Below are positions 12,736 through 25,140 of a DNA stretch of 64,000 nucleotides, one piece after another. The translations under genes were made by a program, and so were the position numbers. This DNA comes from Octopus sinensis. Lineage: Eukaryota. The notes beneath the pieces are model-generated. The model was not told the DNA's origin, did not search any database, and saw only the letters and a program-made list of their open reading frames with translations. Each line of letters opens with the position of its first letter. The stretch's first letter is position 1. The stretch is from the NCBI RefSeq assembly GCF_006345805.1, contig NC_042998.1:151218001-151282000 (forward strand), given 5' to 3'.

Positions 12736-12990
12736 TTTTTAACTTCATATTGACATACTATACATGGCTAATATAGTTAAAATGAGACATATTTATCTGC
12801 ATGGCCGAAACAGCTGTAAGATATAGTGTATACTTATATTTATATCCGAAGAGGCCTTAAGATATCTTTGTAAATGTCACATTTTTAACTTCATATTGAC
12901 ATATTATACATGGCTAATATAGTTAAAATGAGACATATTTATCTGCATGGCCGAAACAGCTGTAAGATATAGTGTATATTTATATTTATA
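12736..12990 (+). repeat. 146-bp tandem repeat containing hammerhead core halves
   Basis: aacttcatattgac recurs at 12741 and 12887. GGCC-GAAAC-AGCT-GTA-AGATAT occurs at 12803 and 12949; CCGAAGA-GGCC occurs at 12846. Confidence 0.85.
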
Positions 12991-13191
12991 TCTATTTATA
13001 TTTATTTATTTATATCCTCTTATAATGATTGTACCTATTGTATTGTATTACTCATTCATGTACGCTGTTTTGTTATATATTTTTATGTTTAACCTTAATG
13101 TTCTTATGTAGTGGTTCAATAAAGTATGTGATTGGGTATTATCTGGTAGTTGATTAATGATTTAGATGTATTTCTCCATTTTCTGATTTTG

Positions 13192-13243
<52 letters not shown>

Positions 13244-13313
13244 ATATATATATATGTGTGTGTGTGTGTATGTATATATATGTATATGTATATTGTATAT
13301 ATGTATATTGTAT

Positions 13314-13344
<31 letters not shown>

Positions 13345-13861
13345 CATTTATATACATGCATGCATACATACATATATATTTACACGCACACGTATCTATC
13401 GGGACACGGGGGAGAGTGAAAGAGAGAGATGACAGAGAGGGGCGGAGAAGAAAAGGTATTTTAAATGTATATTGATTGATTCATTTCCACAGAAGTATTT
13501 TCATTGGTGATATGTCTTCGAGCTGGGATCGTAGAGAAGTTCTAAAAATTATTCATACAAAGAAAGACAGCCATATGCTTTCAGAATGATGGAAAGAAAT
13601 TCCAGTACTGCGCCTGAAAATGCCTGTAAAATAATACAGCCATTTTGTTTACTACGAAAGATATCAAAATAAGTTTATTGCTATATTTACCTGATCTACG
13701 ATAACAATATGATGTTGTTTTTCGATGTAAACAAAATTGAAAACGAAGCTTACCTGAAGATTTCGCTTTTTGATAACTTTCACAAATCAAACAAAAACTG
13801 CATACATACATTTGTTCAAGTATTATTCTAAGACAGCAAATATGACCACGTAATTGGAAAC

Positions 13862-15803
13862 TTGAAATTCATCGTTGGAATTTTTCGAATTTTTTGTAAA
13901 CACGTGCGACTTACGAAAATTTTATATATAATACTTAAACCTTGTGTATTTATTCAGTCTGTGAATACAGAGGAAGAGAAAGAGGTAAACGAGACAGTAC
14001 AAGGTCCAACATGTAACAATAGTAGTAGCAGTGACAGCAACAGCGGTAACAGGGGCAAAAGCAGCAGTCGCCACAGTAATAGCTGCCGCAGTAGTATTAG
14101 TAGTGGCAGTAACAACATCAATGAAAGAGACTACAACGGCAGTAGCAATAGCAACAACATTGATAGCAAAGGTGACAATAACAAAACCAATACCAATAAT
14201 ACCGACAAGATCAGCAATAACAATGGCAGCAGCAGCAACAACAACAGCAACGACTACAACGAGAACATTACCAACAACAAAAACACATTCGCGGCAGCAG
14301 CAGCGAAGAACAAGGAACGCATTACCGTAGACCTCACAAATAGGGACCAAATGCTAACACAAGCATGGAAACTGATAAAACAAGAGAAGACGTGGGCCAG
14401 TCTCACTATCCGTCAGAGGCAATTCAAGCAGTGGAGAGAAGAACGGTACTTTTCATATGCATCTCAGCAGACTAAAAAAGAGTGACATTAATAGACCAAG
14501 TAGACACTGAAGCGGCACTGAGGTGCACCAGAAATAACATCGATTTCATAGCGAGGGGCAAACAATACGGCACCATTTCAGTGCAGTTTAAGTGAGAAGC
14601 TCTCACTATGAAACAGTCAATGACCCCTGCAAAATCAGCAACGTCATTATGTACACCTCCCACATGGGGAAACGTACAGCACGTGCCCGCATTCCTAGGA
14701 TCCCACCAGGACTAGATATATGGTTGCTTCTGCGATGCGTAATCGTGGAGGGGACGGATACTGTCCCGATAGAGGCAACAAGAACTGCCAGAGAGGACTG
14801 GTCCGGGGTTGACCTCGAGATACTGCTCAAGATCAGACTTGTAAACATAAAAAAAATCCCGGACCACATTCGTGTACAGAACAGGACGGTGATACATATC
14901 ATAACTGAGAGCAAAAGGCCGTATTGCTTCGCGTGTGGAGAACGAATCACTTGCGAGCTCACTTCCCCCAACTGGTACAAATTGCAAGGGGTCAAAGGCC
15001 TCCACTGTTGCCTACACCGAGACGAGGACCACAAACAACACCAGCATCGGCAAAACCCCCAGCAACAATACCACCCTAGGCGAAACACCACACTAGGAAG
15101 AAAGCTCTCCCACCCCTCTCACAAGAAACAAAAAATACACACATAAACAATATTATAAACATACACGCAGACAAGAACACACAGCAACAGACCATTTATC
15201 TTCCAGTTGTGAAGATGAAGGAAAGCCAAACGTAAAAAAAATTTTTAAAAAACAGATAAAAAAGAAAGCACGAAAGAAAATCTCCACAAAGCATAACACC
15301 CACAATAAAAAATATCGACACCACTCAAGCAAAAATCGACCCCAAAACACCAACACCAACACAACCAACACCATCATTATCACCAGAATCCCCCCAAACG
15401 TAATCAACCCAAACAAGAACAAACACACAAACATCTAAAACTGCAGAAAACACACTCACAGAACATACAGACACAACAGAAATAACAAGACCATCACCAC
15501 AACAATCAAGCAAACAAATTAGACAACACCAACACTAAACGCCCAACCTCGTACTCATCAAAAAGGATAATGAGGAACAGATAGCCCTCGTAATACAAAG
15601 CATTGAATTCGAAACAATGCGAGAGATATTCGAATCGAACACATTTCGCGCACCAGCTTTACCTCTGGTGCGAATGTCGCTTTATTCCTACACAAAAATT
15701 CGAGAGCTTTCCGAAGTATGGGGAAAACCCAAACGTGAGACCCACATCGAGGTTCTTAAAGGGTTTCCCCCAAAAGACCCCACCAATTATGGAAGTAGAA
15801 TAA
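13862..15803 (+). pseudogene. Tx1-like ORF1 (Asn/Ser-rich N-terminus, RRM-like core, zinc knuckle, low-complexity C-terminus), frameshifted
   Basis: IDFIARGKQYGTISVQF; GKRTARARIPRIPPG; SKRPYCFACGE; C-terminal KGFP(P/Q)K..PIMEVE*. The core is homologous to 44220-44456. Confidence 0.75.
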
Positions 15804-15866
15804 CCCGACCTTCACAAGACACCGGGAGGTAAGTAAACCTTTCTCTTCTCTCTTTAGCTTACCAAC

Positions 15867-18050
15867 ATGGCCATACTAAGAGTAGGATTTATAAATGTTC
15901 GAGGCGTATGGTCGCCATGGAAGCAGGAGCGCCTGCTCAACGAGCTCACGATTGGATATAATTGCTGTCAGTAAGACCAGGATTTCCAGTACATGTGCAC
16001 TGCCCCCCCCCCGCCCCATGTTCGACGACTATCAGATCTTTACATCTGTTAGTCGGCCAGGAATGGGAGGTGGAGTGGCAGTTCTGTTTAGGAAAGAACA
16101 GGATCTGGAGGTAAAGTCGATCTTCCGGGACCCAGACGGGAAGTTGGTGGTCCTGGACGTGAGCAATAGTGAAGGTAGTGTCTTTAGACTAGTGGCCGTC
16201 TACGCTCCTACCGGAGCCAAACAGCCGGATTTCTTTAGGCGTCTGGAATCCTATCTAGGTACGTCTCGCCATTTACTGTTAGTAGGGGGCTGGAACGGAA
16301 TCTTAGATAAACGCTGGGATTGTGTGGGAATAGCTGATAAAAGAGGTGGGTGCAAAAGCTTCAAGCACCTGATCATCCAGTTCCAACTGTCTGACAGGTA
16401 CTGATGAGATTTCCCTAATGCGCCAGTGTGGGCCTGGACCAACTGCTTAGGGTCATCTAGATCGTATATAGATAGGATTTTCACTAGGAAAATAGATAGT
16501 AATTGTGTAGGATGTCCACTTTTTAAAACAGTCGCCTATTTAGAATATATGTTTGTAATCTGTACGATCGACCTAGATGAGACGCGTAGGATAGGACCCG
16601 GGTACATGAAGCTGAACATTTCGTTTCCTGCACATAGGTCTTACAGGAACCGGGTCTGCAATTTAGTTAAGCAGAAGTTGACGGGATGGGAGTCGTCAAC
16701 AACAGGTGGTGGGCGGCTCTCAAAAGAGAGATTAGAGTAATATCGATAGGGTTTAGCAAAGAAATAGCGTTAGAAAAAATAGAAAGGAGGAGGGGTTAGT
16801 AGTTAAACAAGATGAAGCTATTTTAGTGGCATTACAACCGACGTGCTAGCAGCGAGAATGGCAGTAGACCGGCTCCTCAATGCGAAACACATAGGTTGTA
16901 TTGTCAGAGCTAAGGCGCGTGCTCTAAGAAACGAGGGGATCAAAGCTGTTCAATGGTCCCACGTATTGGAGGCGCAACGTGGTAGCAAAACCACAATTCG
17001 GTCTTTGACAGACAGAGACGAGCTGAGTCAATCCAGGCAGATGTTTGGGGCCTTTCGCCAGGACTTTGTTCGATTGCTCGAAGAGAGAGGTGGAGCGGAG
17101 GTGGTGGCAGACTTCAGTCTCTACCTCAACAGCTTGCCGCATCTCTCGACGGCCGATGCTGAGAGCTGTGAAAGGCAGATAATTTTAGCCGAAATCAAGA
17201 TGCCTTTATCGGCTGCACGAGGTGCAAGTCACCCGGTTTAGATGGTCTGCCCTATGTACTTTACGTGAATATATCAGACCTGTTCTCCGATCTCCTCGAA
17301 GCGCTCTACTGAAACTGGCAGCAGAATAGGAGGATTTTCTATGAGCCGGAGCGTAGTGACACTGATGAGGAAAGACGAAAACAAGAACACGTTAGGCAAC
17401 TTCAGGCCCATAACTCTGCTTAACACAGAGTCTAAGATTTTGGCCAAAGTATTAGCAAAGAAGTTGGCACTTGTCGTCGAGGATCTGACTCTGGGAGGCG
17501 CAAACCTGACTAGGTCCATACACGACAACCTCCACCTCATGCGATACATCAGAGAAAGGGTAGAGTGTAAACTTGGCTTTGGTGTGGCGCTGATCAACTT
17601 AGATCAATCGAAAGCATTCGATAGGGTCGACCATCCATATCTAGAAGCTGTCTTCGAAGCAGCTGGCTTCGGCTCTGTCTTCAGACGTTGGATCACCGCA
17701 ATGCACAGCGGCATCTGCTTGGTGGTCAAAGTTATAGCCACCTCTCGGAACCGTTTCAGATCTCCCGATCGGTCTGTCAAGGGTGTCCTCTGTCCAACAG
17801 CGTCGCTAGGCGCTGAAGGGACGGACCAGTAAAATAGCTTGGGGTTTGGTTCGGACCAGACCTCCAGGTGGATAAGAATTGGGACGAGGTGACGAGCAGA
17901 GCTGCTAGTCTCACCCAAAAATGGGCTGTCACTGAAAGGGCGGGTGGAGGTGACGATGCGTACATCACGTCTGTCATCTACTATCACTTCACTGTCGTGC
18001 CTTGCCTCCGATCGCGCCTCGCCAAGTTGGAGCGCTTCTTCAAATTCTTG
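15867..18050 (+). pseudogene. Tx1-like ORF2: APE endonuclease plus reverse transcriptase, frameshifted
   Basis: ATG at 15867 MAILRVGFINVRG; DIIAVSKT; FRLVAVYAP; LLVGGWNGIL; SYIDRIF; NFRPITLLNTESKILAKVLA; NLDQSKAFDRVDH; RSVCQGCPLS. Confidence 0.92.
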
Positions 18051-18159
18051 TGAAAGGGACAGGTTGCATTGGTGAAGCGGTCCATCTGCTGCCAACACTT
18101 CTATACGGAGGGCTGGACACGTCGTGCCTAATGATGCGCAGACATGAGCTGAAGTGTGA

Positions 18160-19000
18160 ATTACGCAAAAATGAAAATAACACTGACATCTCATTTTAAC
18201 ATATATATTTACCCAAATTACATAAAGATATCTTGAAATGCTACAGTAAATTTATTCAATAAAATCGCCATTGGCTTCAACCACGTCCTCCATACGGCTT
18301 CGGAATGTCCTGCAACTCTTCTGGACGGTCTCCTTTTTTAAGTTAGTGAATGCTGCCATAATCCTTGCCTTCAATCTTCAATTCATCTTTGGTGTTACGA
18401 AGATTTTTGTTGGTCTCTCGCCCAACTGCACCCCACACAATAATCAAGAGGGATGCAGTCTGGAGAGTTAGGTGGCCAGATGTTACGGGTGATGTGATTG
18501 CAGAAACTGTCTGACTGCTACGACTGGGTTCTCCTGTTTGTGCGGCTCTGTGCAGAGTCCTGTTGCCAAACATAGTCTTCTAGCAGCCAGCCTTTTGACC
18601 CAGGGCAGTACTATCTCCTCTAGGCACTTGATGTAGGCTCCCATGTTGAATCTGAGGCCGTGTGGAAAGATGTATGGAGAATTAACCTCGCCATCACTAG
18701 TGATGACGCCAAACCCCATGATATCGCTTGGATGTTTGATTTTTATCTCTCTCAGATTGCGCTGTGCTTAGATTGACAACGAAACACTCTGAAATGCTCC
18801 TACTGGAGCTTCCGGCGCAAATGCCAAGCAGTACAGCACGTTTCTTTGAAATTTCTGGCAGAGTAAACTGCGTCATAGTGCTGCTTTTCCCACAGATGGT
18901 GCCCAACTGACCCTACTTACACTCTGTAGTCGACAAAATTAAAAATGAACAATGCACATGCACGAAATTAAAAGTATAAAATGGCGACAATTTACCTATC
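18160..19000 (-). mobile_element. Internally deleted Tc1/mariner-superfamily (maT-like) transposon
   Basis: The N-terminal HTH start MTQFTLPEISKKRAVLLGI is joined directly to GVITSDG..PYIFPHGLR..YIKCLEEIVLPW, IWPPNSPDCIPLDY and VGRETNK..TKDELK..VVEANGDFIE*. Confidence 0.9.
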
Positions 19001-19086
19001 TCTGTGTGTGTATGTATGTATGTATGCACTATGTATGTATGCATGCATGTATGTATGTATATATATTATATATATATATATTATAT

Positions 19087-19166
<80 letters not shown>

Positions 19167-19174
19167 GTGTGTGA

Positions 19175-19212
<38 letters not shown>

Positions 19213-19354
19213 TGTGTGTGTGTCTTCACCGCAGAACATCAAACTGCAATCCAACTTGAGGCAAATTTTAATTTGAGATACTTTATGAGCATACATCAGT
19301 GCAGAAGGCACAAAGTACGCAACTCCGTCCAACTCGCTTCATGACCATCACCCC

Positions 19355-19580
19355 AAAAGACGAAGACAGGTGTATTAGTATAAACAGATGTATTAGTATA
19401 ACGCTCAGGAATAGAAAAAGTCTTTTACGTTTCGAGCCTACGCTCTTCTACAGAAATGGACACAGAAAAAACAAGGAGAGAAACAAGGAGAGAAAAAATG
19501 TGTGTAGTGGCTAACGATATATCATGGAATAAATATAAAAATAAAGTAATGACAAAAATGACAGTTTTACGTAAAGTTCT
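19355..19580 (-). mobile_element. PLE-terminus family A copy with hammerhead-like motif at 19420-19456 (core CUGUAGA)
   Basis: Reverse complement TTT CTGTAGA A GAGC GTAG GCTC GAAA CGT A AAAGAC; the flanks match 10760-10920. Confidence 0.8.
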
Positions 19581-19584
19581 ATAT

Positions 19585-19661
<77 letters not shown>

Positions 19662-19672
19662 TAGATAGATAG

Positions 19673-19737
<65 letters not shown>

Positions 19738-20362
19738 TAGACATATGCATACGTATATATGCACACACACATATATGTACATGCGCCCGCACACACACAC
19801 ACCTGTACAAACAGATATCGAGTGTGTGTGTATTTGTACTACTGTGGGTGTGTCTTGTTTATAACATTGCAATTTTGTAAAGAAGTGAAAAAAAGTAGCA
19901 TGTCGTGACGTAGGGATGGAGAAAGAAATTTCGATTGATTGGTGGACTAACATTCACTGATATGTGACTGAAATTATTGTGATCAATAAGGGGGCTGGGG
20001 GCGATAGAGACGGACATAGTGTAAGTAGCAAGGTGGTGAAGTAGGGGGTAACAGAAAGAGATGAAGAGAAAGAGATAGAGGGGGAGAGGGATAAAGAAAG
20101 ATTGGTGTGTCTGTAAAGGGAGGTAAGAGGTCAACTGCAACTAACAGCACTTTTGTTCCTTTTCTTTGATGTCATGTGACCCAACTAGCCTGCATGGCAA
20201 GTTGCTGGTCGGTTTGGCGGGAATGGTTCCTTTTCTCAACTTGTAGTGGCTATATGTTATTTGTGAACATTGTGGTGGTGGTGGTGGTGATGGTAGTGAA
20301 AGAGGCTGTGGTGATGGCGGGTTTAAAAGGGATCTGTAAAAGGGATCTTGTTGTGACATTGA

Positions 20363-20404
<42 letters not shown>

Positions 20405-20928
20405 CTTTAATTTGCAGCTGCAGCAGTAGCAGCAGCAATTATTATTGTAATGGTGATGGTGGTGGTGGTGGTGATGATGGTATTGAAAGAGATGACATAA
20501 AAGATAGTACTCTTTGTAGAAGCAGTAGTAAAACAACTGATCTTGTGAGCCCTGTAGTATTACTGGTACTGACGTTACTGGTGTTACTTTTGTTGTTGTT
20601 GTTGCTGTCGTCGTCGTCGTCGTTGTTGTTTAGCATTAGACCAAGTTTCGTCTAACACCCCTATGACCAAAGACATTCCGACCATGACCATCTCAGTCAT
20701 ATTTTTAAACACAGTGAATCTATGTCTAGACTTAAAACCAGCTCTCTGAACGTTAAATGTATCGATAGTAGTCGTTTAGAGTACATAATATAATGTAATA
20801 TAACATATAACAATATGAAGTAAAATAATATTTCTTTAGAGGGCTCAGAGAATGGTTATGTGCAGAGACCACTCCTTTTCGAACCAAAAAATGTAATTAA
20901 AATATTCACAATTAGTTTTCGCTTAAAT

Positions 20929-21176
20929 CAGTGCTTTTCAACTGGAGTTTGTATGACCGTTGGGGGTCCATACAAGATTTTGTTGTTAAAATTTATGAGC
21001 AATAAATTGGTCCCTCTTTTACAATACACCAAATATTTTAACAAGGTTTTTTTTAATGCAATTCCTTATAATATTTAATTATAAAATATTAAAGTATCCC
21101 TTAAACATGAGATGGTTATGAGTGCCCACCTGAATAAAATAGGAATCAAAGGTAAAAAAATGGTCGTGAACCACTG
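20929..21176. mobile_element. hAT-type MITE, 248 bp
   Basis: Imperfect TIRs CAGTGCTTTTCAAC / GTCGTGAACCACTG with an 8-bp TSD GCTTAAAT (20921-20928) / GGTTAAAT (21177-21184), a 7/8 match. Confidence 0.82.
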
Positions 21177-22385
21177 GGTTAAATATCTTCCTTCTGTTTG
21201 TCTCTCTCTCTCTCTCTCTCTCTCTCAACTCTGCGATAGATTTGGTTTGGCAAAAACAGAAAAGTTAACAGAACGGAACTTTTCCTAACACCTAGTCAAT
21301 TAAATAAAAGAGATCTTTAGAATAACAGACATAACAGCAAGCAAACCTTTCCCTCAGCTTATTTTTATTTTTTATTTACATAAATTTAATACATACATAC
21401 ATGCAGAATCTATTCGCTTTCTGTTTTTAAGCAATCTTCGTCAATTCATCAAAGCAGGTTTGATTACACTAAACTATCCTGATGAGGTTTTAAAAAGGTC
21501 AAACGTTCTCATAGTTAGAGACAAAAATTAAACTTCAGACTTTTTTTTGCTTAAATATGTTAAATGTTAATTTCCTGAAATGATCTGCTTTTTGTTATGA
21601 AAGTCGCTCACAGTTATTAAGTTTTTGTTCTATTTCTGGAATAGAATTTCAAATAATTCAAAATGTTTTTGTGCAAGGGATTCATTTAGTGGGTTTATAT
21701 AACTTAGAAACTTTTAAGTCAGAGTAGGGACCAACCGAACCAAGGGATCGTTGTACAGACTGATGTTTACACACGTAAACAAAGGGACGGAAAAGACGAT
21801 TGGACGCACAGAGGTAGAATTAGGATATAGGGAAGCCTACTACACGCGGTTGATCAAACATTGTTACTATTAGTAATACAACAAGAGACAGCCTCATGCA
21901 ATAGTGTTTGTAGGGAGCTGTACCACTGAGAAATACTCTATGATGTCGAGTGACCTGCTCGAAATATACAGAATTAGGCTGGGACATTTGGTTCCTAAAC
22001 AAAGGGAGGCAGAAGGACATATATGCATACATACGTACACACATACATACATACATTCATTCATACATACATATAGACAGACAGACAGACAGGTTGGCTG
22101 GTAGATGGTAAAATGAGTTTTGGAAACATTAATGACACCACACCAGAATTCCTCTATACTCACTCCATGTCATCTGCCTACAACCAAACACACCTGTATT
22201 GAACGAATTTCCATCAATACACTCACATAGAAAGAGATGGCGTTTCTAGGTATACTTGTGTGGTTCTTCATACATATATATATATATACATATACTCAAT
22301 CGAACTAATGTGTGCCTCGTGTTATGAGTGTATATACATGTAAAACACAGGCGTATATTTATACATACATATATATATATTATAT

Positions 22386-22417
<32 letters not shown>

Positions 22418-22654
22418 CGCAGACACAGCTGTGCGTATGTGTGTGCGTGAAAATGTTCGTGTATGTATGTGTCCATGTATGTATGTGTATAAAAACCAGA
22501 AATAAACGAATGAAGAAATAAATGTAACAAAATACAAATCAACAAATATTTGAATCGTAACAATAACAACAATATCGCTAGGAGCAACAACAGAAGCAGC
22601 AGCAACAATGCAACAAAAGTGAATGAGTAAAATAAAACAGTAAAATAAAATATT

Positions 22655-22970
22655 TACCTTCAATATAGGTAAATATTTCCTAGCACTGATAGATAGACAT
22701 TTTTCAGTTAACCATACTTATAGGAAACTCTTCAATAGACACGATTTAAAAATTAGTTTTAGTTCAACTACCAATTTTAAAAACATAATCAAACATAACA
22801 TACAAAAAACACAAGAAGAAAACAGCTGTTCATGCAAGAATAAAGAATTGTGCCCGCTAAATGGAGCTTGCATGTCCAAGACCATCATATATGAAGCTAC
22901 TGTAAACTCTATAACCACTAAAGACACCGTTTCGACGAAGAAATACGTGGGCCTTTTTCAAATAGCCAGA
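22655..22970 (+). mobile_element. PLE fragment (thumb, Cys linker and start of GIY-YIG), same family as 7380-8570
   Basis: TFNIGKYFLALIDRHF..TYRKLFNRHDLKISFSSTT..CSCKNKELCPLNGACMSKTIIYEATV..KKYVGL. Confidence 0.92.
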
Positions 22971-23054
22971 TAACCGAAGAGATGGTGTTGTGGATTTCCA
23001 CTTCGGCATCTGAAACTCAGAGTTTTATCTTGACTACCGAGTAATGTAACATAT

Positions 23055-23128
23055 TGTATATATATATATATATATATATTTGTGTGTATGTATGTATATA
23101 TATTATATATATATATATTATATATATA

Positions 23129-23179
<51 letters not shown>

Positions 23180-23291
23180 ATATATATGTATATACATATA
23201 TATAAACATATATCCATATATATGTATATATATATGTATATATATGTATATACATTCACAGAGAGAGAGAGAGAGAGATAAATAGATAGAT

Positions 23292-23382
<91 letters not shown>

Positions 23383-23385
23383 GAA
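23055..23385. repeat. Compound (TA)n/(GA)n/(GATA)n microsatellite
   Basis: Direct reading. Confidence 0.95.
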
Positions 23386-24578
23386 ACATAAATAAATGAA
23401 ATATGTGTGATAGATAAACAAATGACAACGTATACAGAATCTACAACCGAACGGGAGACAAACGCAGAAGGATCTTAATTCTTCATCAGTCATCAACCAA
23501 TTGGTAATACTCAGTTTCGCACCATTAATGATATATACATAAATATATGCACTTATATATGTACATACATGTACACACACATGTTCGCATGTGTACAAAC
23601 GAAAGAAAAGACCACTCAATATGCACTCGATATGCAGAATATAATCTTATGTTAAGTGAGCTCTTGGTGACTTACTGGATCATTAGTCTTAAGCATAAGA
23701 GTACATACGTATATATGTCTAATCGATCACATGTTCGCAATAAGTGGACATTAGCCCCGTTTGATTTGAAATGTGTGTCCTTATTGGTCATTAGTAAGCT
23801 TGGTTTCCGATAGACGAACCAGCTCACGTAATGAAAATCGTTACAGACTGCTGATATGAATCACTTCAAAGTGATGTTGCGGTGCACTCGAAAGATTTAG
23901 GAGAAACACCTTAAAGATTAATGCACATTCACAAGGGAATTAACTCTTCACTTTTCGAAGGCAGACGGCGATAACCTTGGATTTCTTGTTGAGTGATAGT
24001 GTTGTTTACTTTAAGATATACAGTTTCTCTGAATGACAGAATACAATTAGCTAAAAAATTATATCGCAGTCATGCTATTGATCTAAATTTACTATGCCCT
24101 AGGACTAAACGGCGTACATATGTTGGCTATGTGCTACGGCTTCAGTAAGATAGAATCCTCTCACTCTGCCACTATTATCCAGGAAACGTATATGAATCTT
24201 ACGGCAAGCACCTTCATGGGTCTCGATTCGTATTGTACAAGATACTATAGTATTTAACTACACTCTGCTCTACAGAATTGTATTGTACTACACTGGACAT
24301 CTGAATGTTACAGTATGCTACTGTACTTTACTAAACTCTGTGGATAGCATAGTATTGTACTCTACATTATTCTATAGGTGTTAAAATACTTCACTCGATT
24401 GAACAATATGCGGCAATATTGTACTCGATTAAATTAGTGAAAGTGTAATGATTAAACAAAAGATTGGCACTGCCTCATGGACGTTTTGAGGACTAATTCC
24501 GCTAAAGTTAACCTTGTCTTTCACTCTTCAGAGGTCGATAAAATAATAATATAGTATGAAATAGTAAATCAACAGTCG

Positions 24579-24579
<1 letters not shown>

Positions 24580-24631
<52 letters not shown>

Positions 24632-24641
24632 GTTATTGTTA

Positions 24642-24691
<50 letters not shown>

Positions 24692-24890
24692 GTTATTGTT
24701 ATTGTTAATGTTATTATTATTATTATTATTATTATTGTTGTTGTTGTTGTTGCTGCTGCTGCTGCTGTTGTTGTTGTTGTTATTATTATTATTATTATTA
24801 TTATCATTATTATCATCATTATTATTATTATTATCATTATTATTATTATTATTATTATTATCATTATTATTATTATTATTATCATTATTA

Positions 24891-24924
<34 letters not shown>

Positions 24925-24932
24925 CATCATCA

Positions 24933-24967
<35 letters not shown>

Positions 24968-25050
24968 GTTGTTGCTGTTGTTGTTGTTGTTATTATTATT
25001 ATTGTTATTATTATTATTATATTATTATTATCATCATCATCATCATCATT

Positions 25051-25091
<41 letters not shown>

Positions 25092-25096
25092 TATTA

Positions 25097-25132
<36 letters not shown>

Positions 25133-25140
25133 CATTATTA
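24580..25140. repeat. Long (ATT)n-dominated trinucleotide tract, (TAA)n on the minus strand, with GTT/GCT/ATC patches
   Basis: Direct reading. Confidence 0.97.

Larger units (their letters stand above)
13862..18090 (+). mobile_element. Tx1/L1-clade non-LTR retrotransposon (degenerate ORF1 and ORF2, 3'-truncated)
   Basis: ORF1-like region with a degenerate zinc knuckle (RPYCFACG), followed by an APE endonuclease and RT; see the two pseudogene entries. Confidence 0.9.

Noticed and set aside
12736-12990. CRISPR-like or other prokaryotic repeat-spacer arrays (this and other tandem repeats)
   Set aside because: There are no constant repeats with unique spacers and no cas genes, and the context is eukaryotic.
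23055-23230. Recurrent AA/TT phase flips in long (TA)n tracts
   Set aside because: They are seen in nearly every long TA tract and are compatible with slippage or sequencing error, with no locus-specific pattern.
23470-23489. Minus-strand CTGATGA AGAAT TAAG ATCC
   Set aside because: It is truncated before GAAA, and nothing testable remains.
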